Shown in pieces: positions 50,961 through 63,785 of a DNA stretch of 64,000 nt. The position numbers were made by a program, and so were the translations under genes. The stretch spans positions 6,816,001-6,880,000 of the forward strand of contig OZ250169.1 in the NCBI GenBank assembly GCA_965237955.1. Reading direction: 5' to 3'. The DNA comes from Candidatus Marinacidobacterales bacterium. GTDB lineage: Bacteria; Acidobacteriota; Vicinamibacteria; Marinacidobacterales; SMYC01. The notes under the pieces are model-generated. The model saw only the letters and a list, made by a program, of their open reading frames with translations, was not told the DNA's origin and searched no databases. The number at the start of each line of letters is the position of its first letter. Positions within the stretch are counted from its first letter, which is position 1.

Positions 50961-51582
50961 GGTTCTGCTCCTACAGGGGGCGCGCGGTGAATGCGAGGCG
51001 GCGGGGGCTTGCGATCCGGATTCCGGGGTCGGATCGCCAATCGATGCCGGTCCAGGGTGCACGCCTCACCTCCGTTAAGAACGGCCTGACTACGAACGTC
51101 GAAACTCGAGGGGGTAGAACAATGTAGCCGACGAGGCCGCTCGAGTCAACATGATCCTGATCGTGTCGTTTTCCACCCAGTCAGTTGGGGCGCGGCGCCT
51201 ACAGGCTCCCGGTGGGTCGCCACATACGAGATCGGCTTGCTATTCTGCTTGAAGATTCCCGCACCGGAACCACATCACCATCAAGGAGTCGTCGACATGA
51301 GGTATTCGAAGGCGCCGTCTACGAATACGAGCCGACGGGAGAATATGACTATAGCGAGCCGGACGCGAACACCAAGGTCAACTACCTCAACTGCCCGATC
51401 GTGTCCACCACCTCCAGGGAATCCCAAGACTCGGTGTGGGGCTTCTCGGTTCTCGTCCGGACCACCCGGTACAAAACCATCGGCGCCATCCCAGCGGAGG
51501 ACATGGAGCTCGGCAAACTATTCAGGGTCTGGTGACGAACGAGGTCCAAAGCCTCGACAGCGACGAGCGCAGGCTTCTCCGT

Positions 51583-51618
51583 GTAGCTGCCGAGCTTCGT
51601 TCCGGGCGCGAGGGTCAC
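51583..51618 (-). pseudogene. 5' stub of a Ser/Thr kinase gene
   Basis: MTLAPGTKLGSY followed by unrelated sequence. Confidence 0.5.
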
Positions 51619-51688
51619 ACATTTACCCCTTGGAATCGAGGCATTCTAACAGACGCGTCGACGCGCGGCAGCGAATCCGCGACTATCG

Positions 51689-52318
51689 TTACGGGTTCAG
51701 CGAGGCGACGTAGGCATCTGCGGCGGCGGCGAAGCTGTCGATCCGCGCCATGAGCCCCCGGGCCTCATCGTTGATTTTCGCTCGGTCCGTCTCCAGGCTT
51801 TCGACGGACGTCTGGTTCAAGTCGTGCCCGAGGTAGACGACCTGATCCTCTAGACCCTCCACGACCAGGCGGAAGCCGTTTTGCGCTTCTTCGCCGGCAC
51901 GGATGAGCTCGTTGTAGCGTCTCCTCGTTTCGTCGAGCCTCGCCGCGCTTCGGTCCCGAAGCTCTCCCTTCTTGATGCCCTTCAGGCTCTTGTTCCACTC
52001 TTTGAAGTACTTTCCCGCCGTTTTCTCGAGCTGTTTGAAGCGCTCGCGAAGTTTTTTGGAACGCTCTTCTTGCTTGTCCAGGCTCTTGACAAGATCCTTG
52101 TACGCGGAGCGGCGCCGCTTCTCTTCCCGCGAGAACATCTCGTGGTAGGCGCCGAGCGTCTTCTCCACGCGTTTTCGGCCTTCGCGCATTTCCTTCACGG
52201 TCTCATCGATACGCTCGATGAGCTCGTCGGTCCGTTTATGGCCGTCGTCCGCAGCGACCACGGCTACAACGCCCCAACAGAAGAGCCCCAACATCCACAC
52301 GAGTCTTTGCACACACAT
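51689..52318 (-). CDS. Secreted helical protein (DUF2959-like)
   Basis: Signal peptide; A..YF.EW..., L..RS..RL..TR.RY and L.DQV.YL.HDLN. Confidence 0.7.
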   Translation of the reverse strand: MCVQRLVWMLGLFCWGVVAVVAADDGHKRTDELIERIDETVKEMREGRKRVEKTLGAYHEMFSREEKRRRSAYKDLVKSLDKQEERSKKLRERFKQLEKTAGKYFKEWNKSLKGIKKGELRDRSAARLDETRRRYNELIRAGEEAQNGFRLVVEGLEDQVVYLGHDLNQTSVESLETDRAKINDEARGLMARIDSFAAAADAYVASLNP

Positions 52319-52434
52319 CGTCGACCCCTTCTCGAACAAGAGAAATGAAAACGGTGTGTGGATGCTGGAATGAAAGCGTTACTAATAAAGGTAGCACGAC
52401 GGGAGGGCATCCTCCATGGTGAACAGCGGTGCCG

Positions 52435-52544
52435 CCCCCCTCACCCGACGCGCTACGCGCGTCGCCCTCTCCCCCCCTCCGCCTCCGCCGAGGCTACGGC
52501 GGACCCGCGGAAGCTTCTAGCGAAGGCGGGTTGGGGGAGAGGTT
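52435..52544. repeat. REP-like palindromic element
   Basis: CCCTCACCCGACGCG-CTA-CGCGCGTCG-CCCTCTCCCCC...GCGAAGGCGGG-TT-GGGGGAGAGGTT. Confidence 0.7.
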
Positions 52545-52549
52545 TTCTT

Positions 52550-54610
<2,061 letters not shown>

Positions 54611-54823
54611 GGGGCGACCTCCTTTGGGAATTTTGTTACACAACAATCCGGGGTACAAACCTCAGTGCTCAGTGCCCGGTGCACAAAGCCGAGATTCTAA
54701 CAAAAACGGCGGGCCGCTCCGAAGTTATTTACCCCGTTGAATTACGAGGTGTCGACGCATAGAATCTGCGGGTTCGTCTGACGGCACCAGGAGCTGCAGA
54801 AACCCGCTATCGGTGACAACATA

Positions 54824-55633
54824 TTGAAATATCTAGGCTTAGCGCTTTGTGTCGCCTTCGCTGCTCCCGCCGTCTGTCTCGCGGACGAGCTCATCTACCC
54901 GGTCGACGTCGCCGTCGACGAAAAAGGCGTGGTCTTCGTCGCCGACCACGAGGCTCATGCTCTTTTCAAGGTGACCGACCGAGGGATCGAGGTCGTCGCC
55001 AAGGGCGAAGGCCGTCCGCGAACGCCGCTCTACGGCATTCGCCACATCACGCCACTTTCCGGCGGAGGCTTCATCGCGAGTGACCCGGCGACGATGAAGC
55101 TGTACCGGATCGACGCCGGTGGAAACGTCGTTGCCGTCGCGGATGACGGCGGTTTCGTGACGCCGTGGGGCATTGCGGTCGATGCTTCGGGCGACATCCT
55201 CGCGGTCGACCGTGTGACCCACCGGCTGCGCCGCGTGACATCGAGCGGCGAGGTCGAAGAGGTCGCGGACGTTCGAGCACCGCGGGCAGTCCTTTTCGGT
55301 AAAGACAGCGCGATCGTCGTCCTTACCGACAAGAACCTCGTGCGGGTTGCGGAGGGCTCGACGACGCCTATCGCCGCTTCGCCGCCTTTCGAGTTTCCTC
55401 ACGACGCGGTGCTCCACGCCGACGGGAATTACTACGTGAGCGACGGCTACGCGAAAGCGATCTGGAAAGTCACCGCCGATGGCAACGTCACTTCGCTCGT
55501 TCGAGGTGATCCGTTGGTGAGCCCTCAAGGGCTCGCGATCGACCGCCAAGGCAACTTGCTCGTTGCGGATCCGCACGCAAAAGCGATTTTTAGAATTTCT
55601 CTCAAGGGTGAGATTACTCAACTTGTCCCGTGA
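54824..55633 (+). CDS. Secreted NHL-repeat beta-propeller
   Basis: Signal peptide; P.DVAVD..G.VFVAD, PWGIAVD and PQGLAID..GNLLVAD. Confidence 0.85.
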   Translation: MKYLGLALCVAFAAPAVCLADELIYPVDVAVDEKGVVFVADHEAHALFKVTDRGIEVVAKGEGRPRTPLYGIRHITPLSGGGFIASDPATMKLYRIDAGGNVVAVADDGGFVTPWGIAVDASGDILAVDRVTHRLRRVTSSGEVEEVADVRAPRAVLFGKDSAIVVLTDKNLVRVAEGSTTPIAASPPFEFPHDAVLHADGNYYVSDGYAKAIWKVTADGNVTSLVRGDPLVSPQGLAIDRQGNLLVADPHAKAIFRISLKGEITQLVP

Positions 55634-55662
55634 ACGTAGTGCATAAGAAAAGGAAATAGCAC

Positions 55663-57033
55663 ATGGCGTCACCTGAACGAGGTATGTGGGGCTCGCGACT
55701 CGGTTTCATTCTCGCGGCCGCAGGCTCCGCCGTCGGACTCGGCAACATCTGGGGTTTCCCGACTCGAGTCGGTCAAGGTGGCGGCGCGGTGTTCGTGCTC
55801 GTCTACCTGGTCTGCGTTCTGTTCGTGTGCGCTCCGATCTTCATCTCCGAGCTCATCCTCGGGCGAGGCTCGCAGAGGGGTCCGGTGGGCGCGTTCAAGA
55901 AATTCGCGCCGAACACGAGCTGGTGGCTAATAGGTACGCTCGGCGTCGCGTGCGGCGTCGGAATCCTTTCGTTTTATGCCGTGATTGCCGGCTGGACCGT
56001 CGCTTACATCTATTTCACTGCCGTCGGTGGCCTCGGAACCAACCCCGAGGAGATCGCTCTGTTCTTCAGTAATTTCACCGGCAACGGCACCCTCACCGTC
56101 GCCCTCACCTTTGGATTTCTCCTCCTCACCGCTGCCTGCATCCTCGGCGGCGTCCGCTCGGGCATCGAGCGTGTTACCAAGATATTGATGCCGCTTCTGG
56201 TCCTACTACTGCTCATCCTTGCCGCCCGGGCGCTCACGCTTCCGGGAGCGGAGAAGGGCCTCGAGTACTACCTTAAGCCCGACTTCAGCCGGGCGCTCGA
56301 CGTCAACGTGTGGACCGCGGCGCTCGGCCAGGCGTTTTTCTCACTGAGCCTCGGGATGGGTGCGCTCATCACTTACGGAAGCTACCTTCGTCGCACCGAC
56401 AACTTGGGGGTGGCAGCGCTCTGGGTCATCCTGTTGGACACCGCGATCGCATTGCTCGCGGGGTTCATTATTTTCCCGACCGGTTTTTCCATCGACGGCT
56501 TCGATCCGAGCACTTCGGGACCCGGACTCATCTTCAAGGTGTTGCCGCAACTGTTCGCAACGCTTCCCGGAGGCGCTTTGTTCGGCGCCGCCTTTTTCAT
56601 CCTTCTGGCCATGGCAGCGTTGACGTCGACGCTATCGCTTCTCGAAGTCCCGGTGTCGCACTGCATCGACCAGTACCAGTGGCCCAGAAAAAAAGCCGTT
56701 ATCGTCCTCGTGCTGGCAACGTTCGTCCTGTCGATACCGTCGGCGCTCGGCAATGGCGCGGTCGCCTCGCTCAGTAACCTGCCGGCCGTACTCGGCGGAA
56801 ATTTTCTCGGTCTCATGGCTCTCGCTTGGAACAACTTCGCGCTTCCGATCGGTGGGTTCTTTATTTCCATTTTCGTCGGCTACCGATTCGGGCTCGGCAA
56901 AGCGGTCGAAGAGCTCACTGCCGACAACGCCTGGTTTCCCGGCACCGCACTCTGGGGATTCTTGATTCGCTACGTCTCACCGGCCGCCATCGCACTCATC
57001 TTCGTTGTGGCCCTTCATCAACTTTTCAGCTGA
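55663..57033 (+). CDS. NSS/SNF-family sodium-dependent transporter
   Basis: W.SRLGFILAAAGSAVGLGNIW.FP, GQAFFSLSLG and GPGL.F. Confidence 0.93.
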   Translation: MASPERGMWGSRLGFILAAAGSAVGLGNIWGFPTRVGQGGGAVFVLVYLVCVLFVCAPIFISELILGRGSQRGPVGAFKKFAPNTSWWLIGTLGVACGVGILSFYAVIAGWTVAYIYFTAVGGLGTNPEEIALFFSNFTGNGTLTVALTFGFLLLTAACILGGVRSGIERVTKILMPLLVLLLLILAARALTLPGAEKGLEYYLKPDFSRALDVNVWTAALGQAFFSLSLGMGALITYGSYLRRTDNLGVAALWVILLDTAIALLAGFIIFPTGFSIDGFDPSTSGPGLIFKVLPQLFATLPGGALFGAAFFILLAMAALTSTLSLLEVPVSHCIDQYQWPRKKAVIVLVLATFVLSIPSALGNGAVASLSNLPAVLGGNFLGLMALAWNNFALPIGGFFISIFVGYRFGLGKAVEELTADNAWFPGTALWGFLIRYVSPAAIALIFVVALHQLFS

Positions 57034-57058
57034 ACTTACCTGAACGGGGACTCGAACC

Positions 57059-58450
57059 ATGGATCAACTCACTACTCTCCTCGAACAACTCTCGAGCTGG
57101 CTCTGGGCTTGGTGGGCACTGCCGCTGCTCCTCTTCTTCGCGGGCGGCTACTTGACCTATCAAACCGGTCTCGTCCAGATCCGCCATTTCGGAACCGCGG
57201 TGAAACAAGTTCTCGGCAGCAAGTTCAAGGGCAAAACCGAGGGCGAGGGCACGATCACATCCTTCCAGGCGCTGTCGACCGCGCTCGCATCGACGGTCGG
57301 CAACGGCAACATCGGCGGGGTGGCAACCGCGATCGTCATGGGTGGGCCGGGCGCTATTTTTTGGATGTGGGTCACGGCAGCCGTCGGTATGGCGACGAAG
57401 TACTCCGAGGCTGTCCTCGGCGTTCACTACCGGGTGAGGACGGAGCGCGGCGAGCTCGCGAGCGGGCCGATGTACTACATCACCAACGGGCTCAAGGACA
57501 AACCCTACGCCAAGCCACTCGCGACCATGTTCTGTGTCTTTGGTGCGGCGACCGCTCTTTTCGGCACCGGCAACATGGCACAGTCGAACACGATTGCGCA
57601 GACGTTCCGCCAGGCAGCGAAACAATACTTTGACACCGATGTCAGCCCGCTCATCCCGGGACTACTCATCACCGTCGCCGTCGGCCTCGTCCTCCTCGGT
57701 GGCATCAAGCGAATCGCCAAGGTGTCGGAAAAGCTCGTGCCGAGCATGATCGTGCTCTATCTCGTGCTGGGAGCCGTTTACATCGTGATGAACGTCAGCG
57801 AGATCCCGAGGGTCTTCGGCCTCGTCATCGGCAACGCGTTTACACCGACGGCCGCGGTGGGTGGGTTCCTCGGTGTCGGGGTGCAACAAGCCATCGCCTT
57901 CGGAATCAGCCGCGGCGTGCTCTCCAACGAGGCGGGTCTCGGTAGTGCACCGATCGCGCACGGTATCGCGAAAGTCAGCCACCCGGTACAGCAGGGTCTC
58001 GTCGGGGTGTTCGAAGTCTTCGTCGACACCATCGTCGTGTGCAGCATGACCGCCTTCATTATCTTGACGTCGGGAATGTGGACGCTCGCGGAGTTCCAGC
58101 AGTCGAGCGGCGACCTCACCGCTGCTGCTCTCGACGCACAGATTCCGCTCGGGAGCTTGATCGTCGCCGTGTGCTCGTTCCTGTTCGGCTTCTCGACGCT
58201 CATCGGTTGGTGCTACTACGGCGAGAAGTGCTTCGAGTACTTGTTCGGCAGCAAAGGGATCGTTCCCTACCGGGCGATCTACACCGTGCTGATTCTCGTC
58301 GGCGCTGTCGTTCCGGTGCCGCTCGTGTGGGCCATCGGGACGCTCTTGAACGGGTTCATGGCGTTTCCAAATTTAATCGGGTTGATTGGGCTCGGCGGGG
58401 TGGTCTCGAAGCTCACCAAGGAATACTTCAGCCGCGAGCACGCCGCGTGA
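57059..58450 (+). CDS. AGCS-family amino acid:Na+ symporter
   Basis: VGNGNI.GVATAI..GGPGA.FWMW, SNEAGLGS and DT..VCSMT. Confidence 0.93.
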   Translation: MDQLTTLLEQLSSWLWAWWALPLLLFFAGGYLTYQTGLVQIRHFGTAVKQVLGSKFKGKTEGEGTITSFQALSTALASTVGNGNIGGVATAIVMGGPGAIFWMWVTAAVGMATKYSEAVLGVHYRVRTERGELASGPMYYITNGLKDKPYAKPLATMFCVFGAATALFGTGNMAQSNTIAQTFRQAAKQYFDTDVSPLIPGLLITVAVGLVLLGGIKRIAKVSEKLVPSMIVLYLVLGAVYIVMNVSEIPRVFGLVIGNAFTPTAAVGGFLGVGVQQAIAFGISRGVLSNEAGLGSAPIAHGIAKVSHPVQQGLVGVFEVFVDTIVVCSMTAFIILTSGMWTLAEFQQSSGDLTAAALDAQIPLGSLIVAVCSFLFGFSTLIGWCYYGEKCFEYLFGSKGIVPYRAIYTVLILVGAVVPVPLVWAIGTLLNGFMAFPNLIGLIGLGGVVSKLTKEYFSREHAA

Positions 58451-59258
58451 TCGCGAGGTACGTCTACCTTTTCTTGGGCGCCGCGCTCTCGTGCGCGTGC
58501 GCGACACCTCCTGAGCCTGCCGGCGAAGGCTCCGACCGCCTCGAGCAATTTTTCTCGGGCGACATGGAGATCATCGACCTCACCCATGCTCTCTCGAGCT
58601 CGAGCACGTCCTGGCTCGGGCCTTCGGGAAATCCGTTCGAGCACGAGATCCTCACGGCGCACGAAAGCGGACGACCGAGGATGGCTCGCTACAGCACTCC
58701 CGAGCACCACGGCACCCACCTCGACGCGCCGACACATTCAGCCGATCATCAGCCGACGGTCGACGAGCTTACGGCGGCGGACCTGTTTGGACCGGCGGCG
58801 GTCATTGATGTGAGCGCGCAATGCGAGGCGAACGCGGACTACGAGCTGACGACAGAAGATGTTCTAGCGTGGGAACAGGAGCATGGACCATTGCCGGAAG
58901 GCGCCATCGTAATCATGTCGGCGGGATGGAGAGCCGCAAATACGATGACGCTGCCGCCTACAACAACGAAGACGCCGAAGGTGAAAAGCACTTCCCGGGT
59001 TTCTCCGAGGAAGTGAGCCGTTTCTTGGTGCAGGAGCGATCGATCCGCGGCATCGGTATCGACACGCTGAGCGTGGATCCGGCGGTGGCCAAGTCGTACC
59101 CCGTGCACGGCATCGTGAACGGCGCCGGCAAGTACCACCTCGAAAACGTCGCCGAAGTCCACCGCCTCCCCACCACGGGAGCCTTCCTGATCGTGGCGCC
59201 CATCAAAATAGCGGGCGGCTCCGGCGGCCAAGTAAGAATCTTCGCGTTGGTCTCGTAG
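58447..59258 (+). CDS. Cyclase-family (kynurenine formamidase-like) lipoprotein, frameshift at about 58930
   Basis: IIDLTH, EHHGTHLDAP, then HFPG, GIGIDTLSVD, LEN and API.I.GGSG in the next frame; GTGA overlap. Confidence 0.85.
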
Positions 59259-59266
59259 AAAAGATC

Positions 59267-59353
59267 AACGCAAAGACGCCAAGGCGCCGAGACGCAAAGA
59301 GTCTCGACCAACTCTGATATCTTTGCGCCCTCGCGACTTTGCGCCTTTGCGTT
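59267..59353. repeat. Intergenic palindrome of GCAAAG/CTTTGC units
   Basis: AACGCAAAGACGCCAAG...CTTTGCGCCTTTGCGTT between convergent genes. Confidence 0.65.
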
Positions 59354-59364
59354 AAAAACAATCG

Positions 59365-60750
59365 CTAGCGCTTCAGCTCGGATTCGATTACGTTCACAAA
59401 TCCGCCTATCTGCGCCAGACGTTTTCCGTTGATGAAGACGGTTGGGGTGGATCGCACCTCGAGACGTTGGGCCTCTTCGATTTGTGCTGCCAGCTCCTGA
59501 CTCGCTGACGACGATCCCAGGCAAGTCCTCATTTGATCGCCGTTCAGGCCGGCGGCGGTGGCGATGCGGACGACGTCGTCGTTCGTCGCGTTAGCCGGCG
59601 GCTGGGCAAAGACTTGGTCGTGGTATGGCCAGAACTTCCCTTGCTCGTGCGCGCACACGCCGCCGAGGGCGAGCTGACACGCACCGTCGTGAACGGTACG
59701 CGATAGCGCGGGGTTACATTCCTTGTCCAAGGGGTAGTTCTTGAAGTAAATGCCAACCCGGCCGCCGGATTGCTGCATGTAGTTCGCGAACGCGCCGGCG
59801 AGGTTGCGACAGTAGGGGCACAAGAAGTCCGAGAACTCGACGACGCGGACGGCCGCCGCGTCGGGTCCTTTGAACGGAATCCCGTCGAGAGCCAACTCGT
59901 TCACCGTTTCTTGGTCGAACTCGGCTTGCGCTTTCGCCATTTGGTATTCCTGATACGTCTGTGGATCGTCGAGCGTAGTCTCGAGCTCGGCGATTCTCTC
60001 GCGCGCGTCGTCGAGACGCGCTTCGAGCGCGGCGAGTGCCGCCCCGTCATCGTTCGTAGCGGGCGTGGGAGCGGGCTCGGGCACCGCCTCGGTCTCGGCT
60101 TCCGGCTCGGGCTCAGGTTCTGGCTCAGGCGCCGGAAGAATGGTGGCACTAAGCATGTCCAGGTCCATGTCGGGTTGCTTCGCGGCCTCGGACGCCAAGA
60201 CTCGGTCGATCGAGACGACGGAAACGAGGAACACGAGGCTTCCCAGTGCCCAAACGACGAAGGCGCGACTCCCCTCTCCACCGAGGAGTGTGGTCTTGAT
60301 CGAACCGAGCTTCGACGCCCACGGGAACAGAAAAAACGCCGTCACGATGTTGACGCCGTACGTCGCGAGACAGAGCGAGCAGAACGCCCCGATAGCAAAG
60401 GCTTGGATCCCGAAGAGTCCGAGGTCGGCGGCGAGCGCGGCCACGACGGTTCCGAACGCGAGCGCTGCCGCCGCGCTCCGCACCGACTCGTTCGCCACCA
60501 ACGCGAGAGCCGCGAGAAACGCGAGCGAGCTGTAGTACACAAGCCCCACACCGCCGAGGGAAAACCCACCGAGGGTCGAGTAGCGGCCTTGCGACACTTG
60601 GTTGCATCCGCTAGTGTCGTCCGGTCCGCAAATCTGCTGCACGGCGGTTTCCGCCGCACCGACGCCGTGATGGTCGAACATGAGAAGTCCCGACAAAGCC
60701 CCGCCTATTAGCGCTGCCAGGATGACGACTGAAATCCTCCATTGCTGCAT
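59365..60750 (-). CDS. VKOR-DsbA (thioredoxin-fold) fusion
   Basis: Loop cysteines C...C..V...YS and CSLC in a TM helix; PE linker; FSDFLCPYC and STPT.FING. Confidence 0.88.
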   Translation of the reverse strand: MQQWRISVVILAALIGGALSGLLMFDHHGVGAAETAVQQICGPDDTSGCNQVSQGRYSTLGGFSLGGVGLVYYSSLAFLAALALVANESVRSAAAALAFGTVVAALAADLGLFGIQAFAIGAFCSLCLATYGVNIVTAFFLFPWASKLGSIKTTLLGGEGSRAFVVWALGSLVFLVSVVSIDRVLASEAAKQPDMDLDMLSATILPAPEPEPEPEPEAETEAVPEPAPTPATNDDGAALAALEARLDDARERIAELETTLDDPQTYQEYQMAKAQAEFDQETVNELALDGIPFKGPDAAAVRVVEFSDFLCPYCRNLAGAFANYMQQSGGRVGIYFKNYPLDKECNPALSRTVHDGACQLALGGVCAHEQGKFWPYHDQVFAQPPANATNDDVVRIATAAGLNGDQMRTCLGSSSASQELAAQIEEAQRLEVRSTPTVFINGKRLAQIGGFVNVIESELKR

Positions 60751-60774
60751 GCCGAGATTATGCCACGCGAGGGT

Positions 60775-61899
60775 CTACAGCTTCGCCCCCATATCCAGGT
60801 GAAGCCGCAGACGCCGCATCACTTCGTCTCTACTCAACACCCCGAGAAGCACGCCATCGGAGACGACCAGAATCCTCCGATCGCTACTCGTCAGAAGCGA
60901 CAGGACTTGGATCGCCTCGGTGTCGGGTGCGAGCGTTTCGTTCAAAGCGTCTTCGGTCATGACCTCGGACGCCGTGAGCCGCTCGAGCTCGTCCCGATCC
61001 CGCCGCTCGAAGCTCTTGAGCGTCAGCACACCGATGAGAAGGCCGCGATCGACGACAGGCACGTCGGTGACGTCGTGCGGCATGATCACCTCATCGAGGA
61101 CGGCGGAAAGCCGCATGTCCGGAGGAACGCACGGGACATCGCGCACCATCAAATCCTCGGCGCGCACTCCTTCGAGCGCGTGGCGGATCACGAGTTGCTG
61201 GTAGCTCCCCCGCGCCGCGTGGCGCAAGAAGAATCCGATGAGGACGAACCATAGCCCCCCGAGGTTGCCCAGAAAGAAAATCGACGTCAACCCCATCAAA
61301 ACGACCGCAGCGCCGAAGAACGACCCCAGTGCGCTCGCCACCCGGGTCGCCGCGGAGAACTTCCCCCAGATTCCCCACAGGGCGGCGCGGAGCACGCGCC
61401 CTCCGTCCAGCGGAAACCCGGGCACGACGTTGAACGCCACCAGCAGCAAGTTCATCTGGGCGAGCACTTCCATGACATCAGTGAGCGGTAGCGGAAGTGA
61501 ACCGAGAGCGAGGCTGTAAAGCGCGAAAAAGCATGCCGCGAGAACAAGGCTCATCAGGGGCCCCGCGATCGCGATGCGAAATTCCGCTCCTGCGCCTTTG
61601 GGCTCTTCCACCATCTCGGCCGCGCCCCCGAAGATGAACAAAGTGATGCCGCGGATACCGACGTCGTTTCTGAGCGCGATGACGGCGTGCGATAGCTCGT
61701 GGGCGAGGACGGATCCGAACAAGAGCAGGCACGACGACAGCCCCAGGGATAACCGCACCGGCAACCCGAGGTAGGGGTACGATTGTCCGAAGCCGACGGC
61801 AAAGCTCGTCGTCATCAAGAAAGCGATAATGGCCCAGGAATAGTCGACGCGAATCGGAATACCAAAGATGGCACCGAGCGACAGGCCTCGACCGATCAA
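60775..61899 (-). CDS. Site-2 (M50) protease with CBS domains
   Basis: HELSH, AGP, FNVVPGFPLDGG and a C-terminal CBS pair. Confidence 0.92.
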   Translation of the reverse strand: MIGRGLSLGAIFGIPIRVDYSWAIIAFLMTTSFAVGFGQSYPYLGLPVRLSLGLSSCLLLFGSVLAHELSHAVIALRNDVGIRGITLFIFGGAAEMVEEPKGAGAEFRIAIAGPLMSLVLAACFFALYSLALGSLPLPLTDVMEVLAQMNLLLVAFNVVPGFPLDGGRVLRAALWGIWGKFSAATRVASALGSFFGAAVVLMGLTSIFFLGNLGGLWFVLIGFFLRHAARGSYQQLVIRHALEGVRAEDLMVRDVPCVPPDMRLSAVLDEVIMPHDVTDVPVVDRGLLIGVLTLKSFERRDRDELERLTASEVMTEDALNETLAPDTEAIQVLSLLTSSDRRILVVSDGVLLGVLSRDEVMRRLRLHLDMGAKL

Positions 61900-63362
61900 G
61901 GCACTCCCTGTCTCACGACTTTGATCGTGTCGCCGCGCGCAACCTCCGCGTCGAGCGTGGTGTTGTTGACGAGCGACAAGTCGTCGAAATGCTCCTCTTC
62001 CATCCCGGCTTGGCGGAGCGCGTCCCGAAACGCCATCGTTCGCGAAACCTGGTAGAGGTGGATCGTGCGTGGCTCGATCTCGAGTGCACTGCGGTCGCGA
62101 AGACGATCGAAGCTTTCGATCACCTCGTGGAACACCGGGGTGTAGCGGCGGATAGCGTTTTGTCGCGTCAGTCCGATGATCTCGTACACGAAATCATCAT
62201 CCGCGATGAAGCCTGCAACTCCGTAGAGCTCGCTCGTTGAGGTCAGCGCGCGGAAGGGTGCCCGGTAAGCGGGGAACGGTCCGGCGCGCAGGCGCTCACC
62301 GGTGCCGTACTCGATATTGTTTCTCCGAAAAAACTCTCGCGCGTGGGCGGCGGGCGTCGTGCCCGGGGCAACGCGTGTACCCGTCAGCTGAAGTGCTGCA
62401 CCTCCGTCGGGCGGTGCCGCGTACACGACCGTTTTCGTGTTCTGCACGTTCCAACCCTCGGGATAGGTCAGCTCGAACTCCAAGTCCGGATGGAGGAACC
62501 GACGACCTCTCATGAACCCCTCGCGTGGGTTCTCTCCAACGACGAGCCCTTCGATCATGCGAAGGTACTCGCTCCGGCGCGATTCGAGGTCGTTGCATCT
62601 GCCAGCTTGCTGGTTAACCAGTGCAAGGATCGTCTCCTCGCGATCGGCAGGGTCGGGGTGCGTCGATGCCCACGACGGCACGTTCCGCTCCGAGCCTGAC
62701 AACCTCCCGAGCACCGAAAAAAAGTGCGCCATGTCAGTGGGGTCGTAACCCTGAGCGATGGAGTAGCGAACCCCGAGGCGATCGGATTCCCGCTCGGCGT
62801 CACGACCGAACTTCAGGAACAAGATGCCGAGCCCTCCCCCGAGCACATCGCCAAAGGGACGCACTTCGGGAAAGAAGATCGTCCCCACGTTGAGCCCGAG
62901 CCCAGCGAGCTGCTGCTTCGACATCTGCTCCACGTGGTGACGAGCGGTCACATGTCCGATCTCGTGGCCAATGACACCCATCAGTGCCGCTTCGCTACCG
63001 ACGTACGCGAGGATGCCGCGAGTGACGTAGATGTAACCACCAGGAAGCGCGAACGCATTCACGACGGGTGAGTCGATCACTTTGAACCGCCACGGCAGTT
63101 GTGGCCGCTCCGACGCCGCGGCAACGCGCTGCCCGAGCTCGGCGACATACGCCTGGAGCTCGGCGTCATCATAGAGGCCCATGCTCACTTCGACATCGCG
63201 GGACGCTTGCTCCCCCATGGCGATCTCCTGCGACTCGGAGATAAGAACGAACTGCCGTTTCCCGGTGACCGGATCTTTGGCACAAGCGGAAACGCCCACG
63301 AGACCGACGATGCCAAAGATCAACGCCCGTGCCCGTGCCCGATCCCGCATACAAGATGTCAT
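61896..63362 (-). CDS. M48 metalloprotease lipoprotein
   Basis: VSAC lipobox, NAFALPGG, HEIGH, E.ESD and STHP. Confidence 0.9.
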   Translation of the reverse strand: MTSCMRDRARARALIFGIVGLVGVSACAKDPVTGKRQFVLISESQEIAMGEQASRDVEVSMGLYDDAELQAYVAELGQRVAAASERPQLPWRFKVIDSPVVNAFALPGGYIYVTRGILAYVGSEAALMGVIGHEIGHVTARHHVEQMSKQQLAGLGLNVGTIFFPEVRPFGDVLGGGLGILFLKFGRDAERESDRLGVRYSIAQGYDPTDMAHFFSVLGRLSGSERNVPSWASTHPDPADREETILALVNQQAGRCNDLESRRSEYLRMIEGLVVGENPREGFMRGRRFLHPDLEFELTYPEGWNVQNTKTVVYAAPPDGGAALQLTGTRVAPGTTPAAHAREFFRRNNIEYGTGERLRAGPFPAYRAPFRALTSTSELYGVAGFIADDDFVYEIIGLTRQNAIRRYTPVFHEVIESFDRLRDRSALEIEPRTIHLYQVSRTMAFRDALRQAGMEEEHFDDLSLVNNTTLDAEVARGDTIKVVRQGVP

Positions 63363-63492
63363 ATGGCGTCCGCCAAAATTGTACCGCAACGGGCGCGGGG
63401 CCGCGCCAGGCATCAGCAAGGAAGGATAGATAGATGCGCAGGCCTGGGGTCCGTCGAGACCCCGGCCTCGAGCGAAAAAGGTTGGACGGTAC

Positions 63493-63750
63493 TTAGGCGA
63501 AGTACTCGGTGTTGATCGCGACGTACTCCTGCCACTTGTCGGGCAGCTCTTCCTCGGGGAAGATGGCCGTCACCGGGCACACGGGCTCGCAAGCGCCACA
63601 ATCGATGCACACGTCGGGATCGATGTAGAGCTGCTTGGCCTCTTCGAAATTGTCCTCGTCCTTGGTCGGATGAATGCAATCCACGGGACAAACTTCGACA
63701 CAAGCGGTGTCCTTAGTGCCGATGCAAGGCTCCGCGATATAGTAAGACAT
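63493..63750 (-). CDS. Ferredoxin (7Fe-type)
   Basis: [17 protein letters not shown]...[12 protein letters not shown]; GGAGG RBS. Confidence 0.92.
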   Translation of the reverse strand: MSYYIAEPCIGTKDTACVEVCPVDCIHPTKDEDNFEEAKQLYIDPDVCIDCGACEPVCPVTAIFPEEELPDKWQEYVAINTEYFA

Positions 63751-63785
63751 TGTAGCTTTCCTCCTTCAGTTCGAAACTCACATGG

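Noticed and set aside
51185-51535. 116-aa ORF
   Set aside because: Only the distal part looks coding and there is no credible start; probably a gene fragment of unknown origin.
60060-60135. Hexamer tandem repeats as a VNTR or contingency locus
   Set aside because: Degenerate codons of a Pro-Glu linker.
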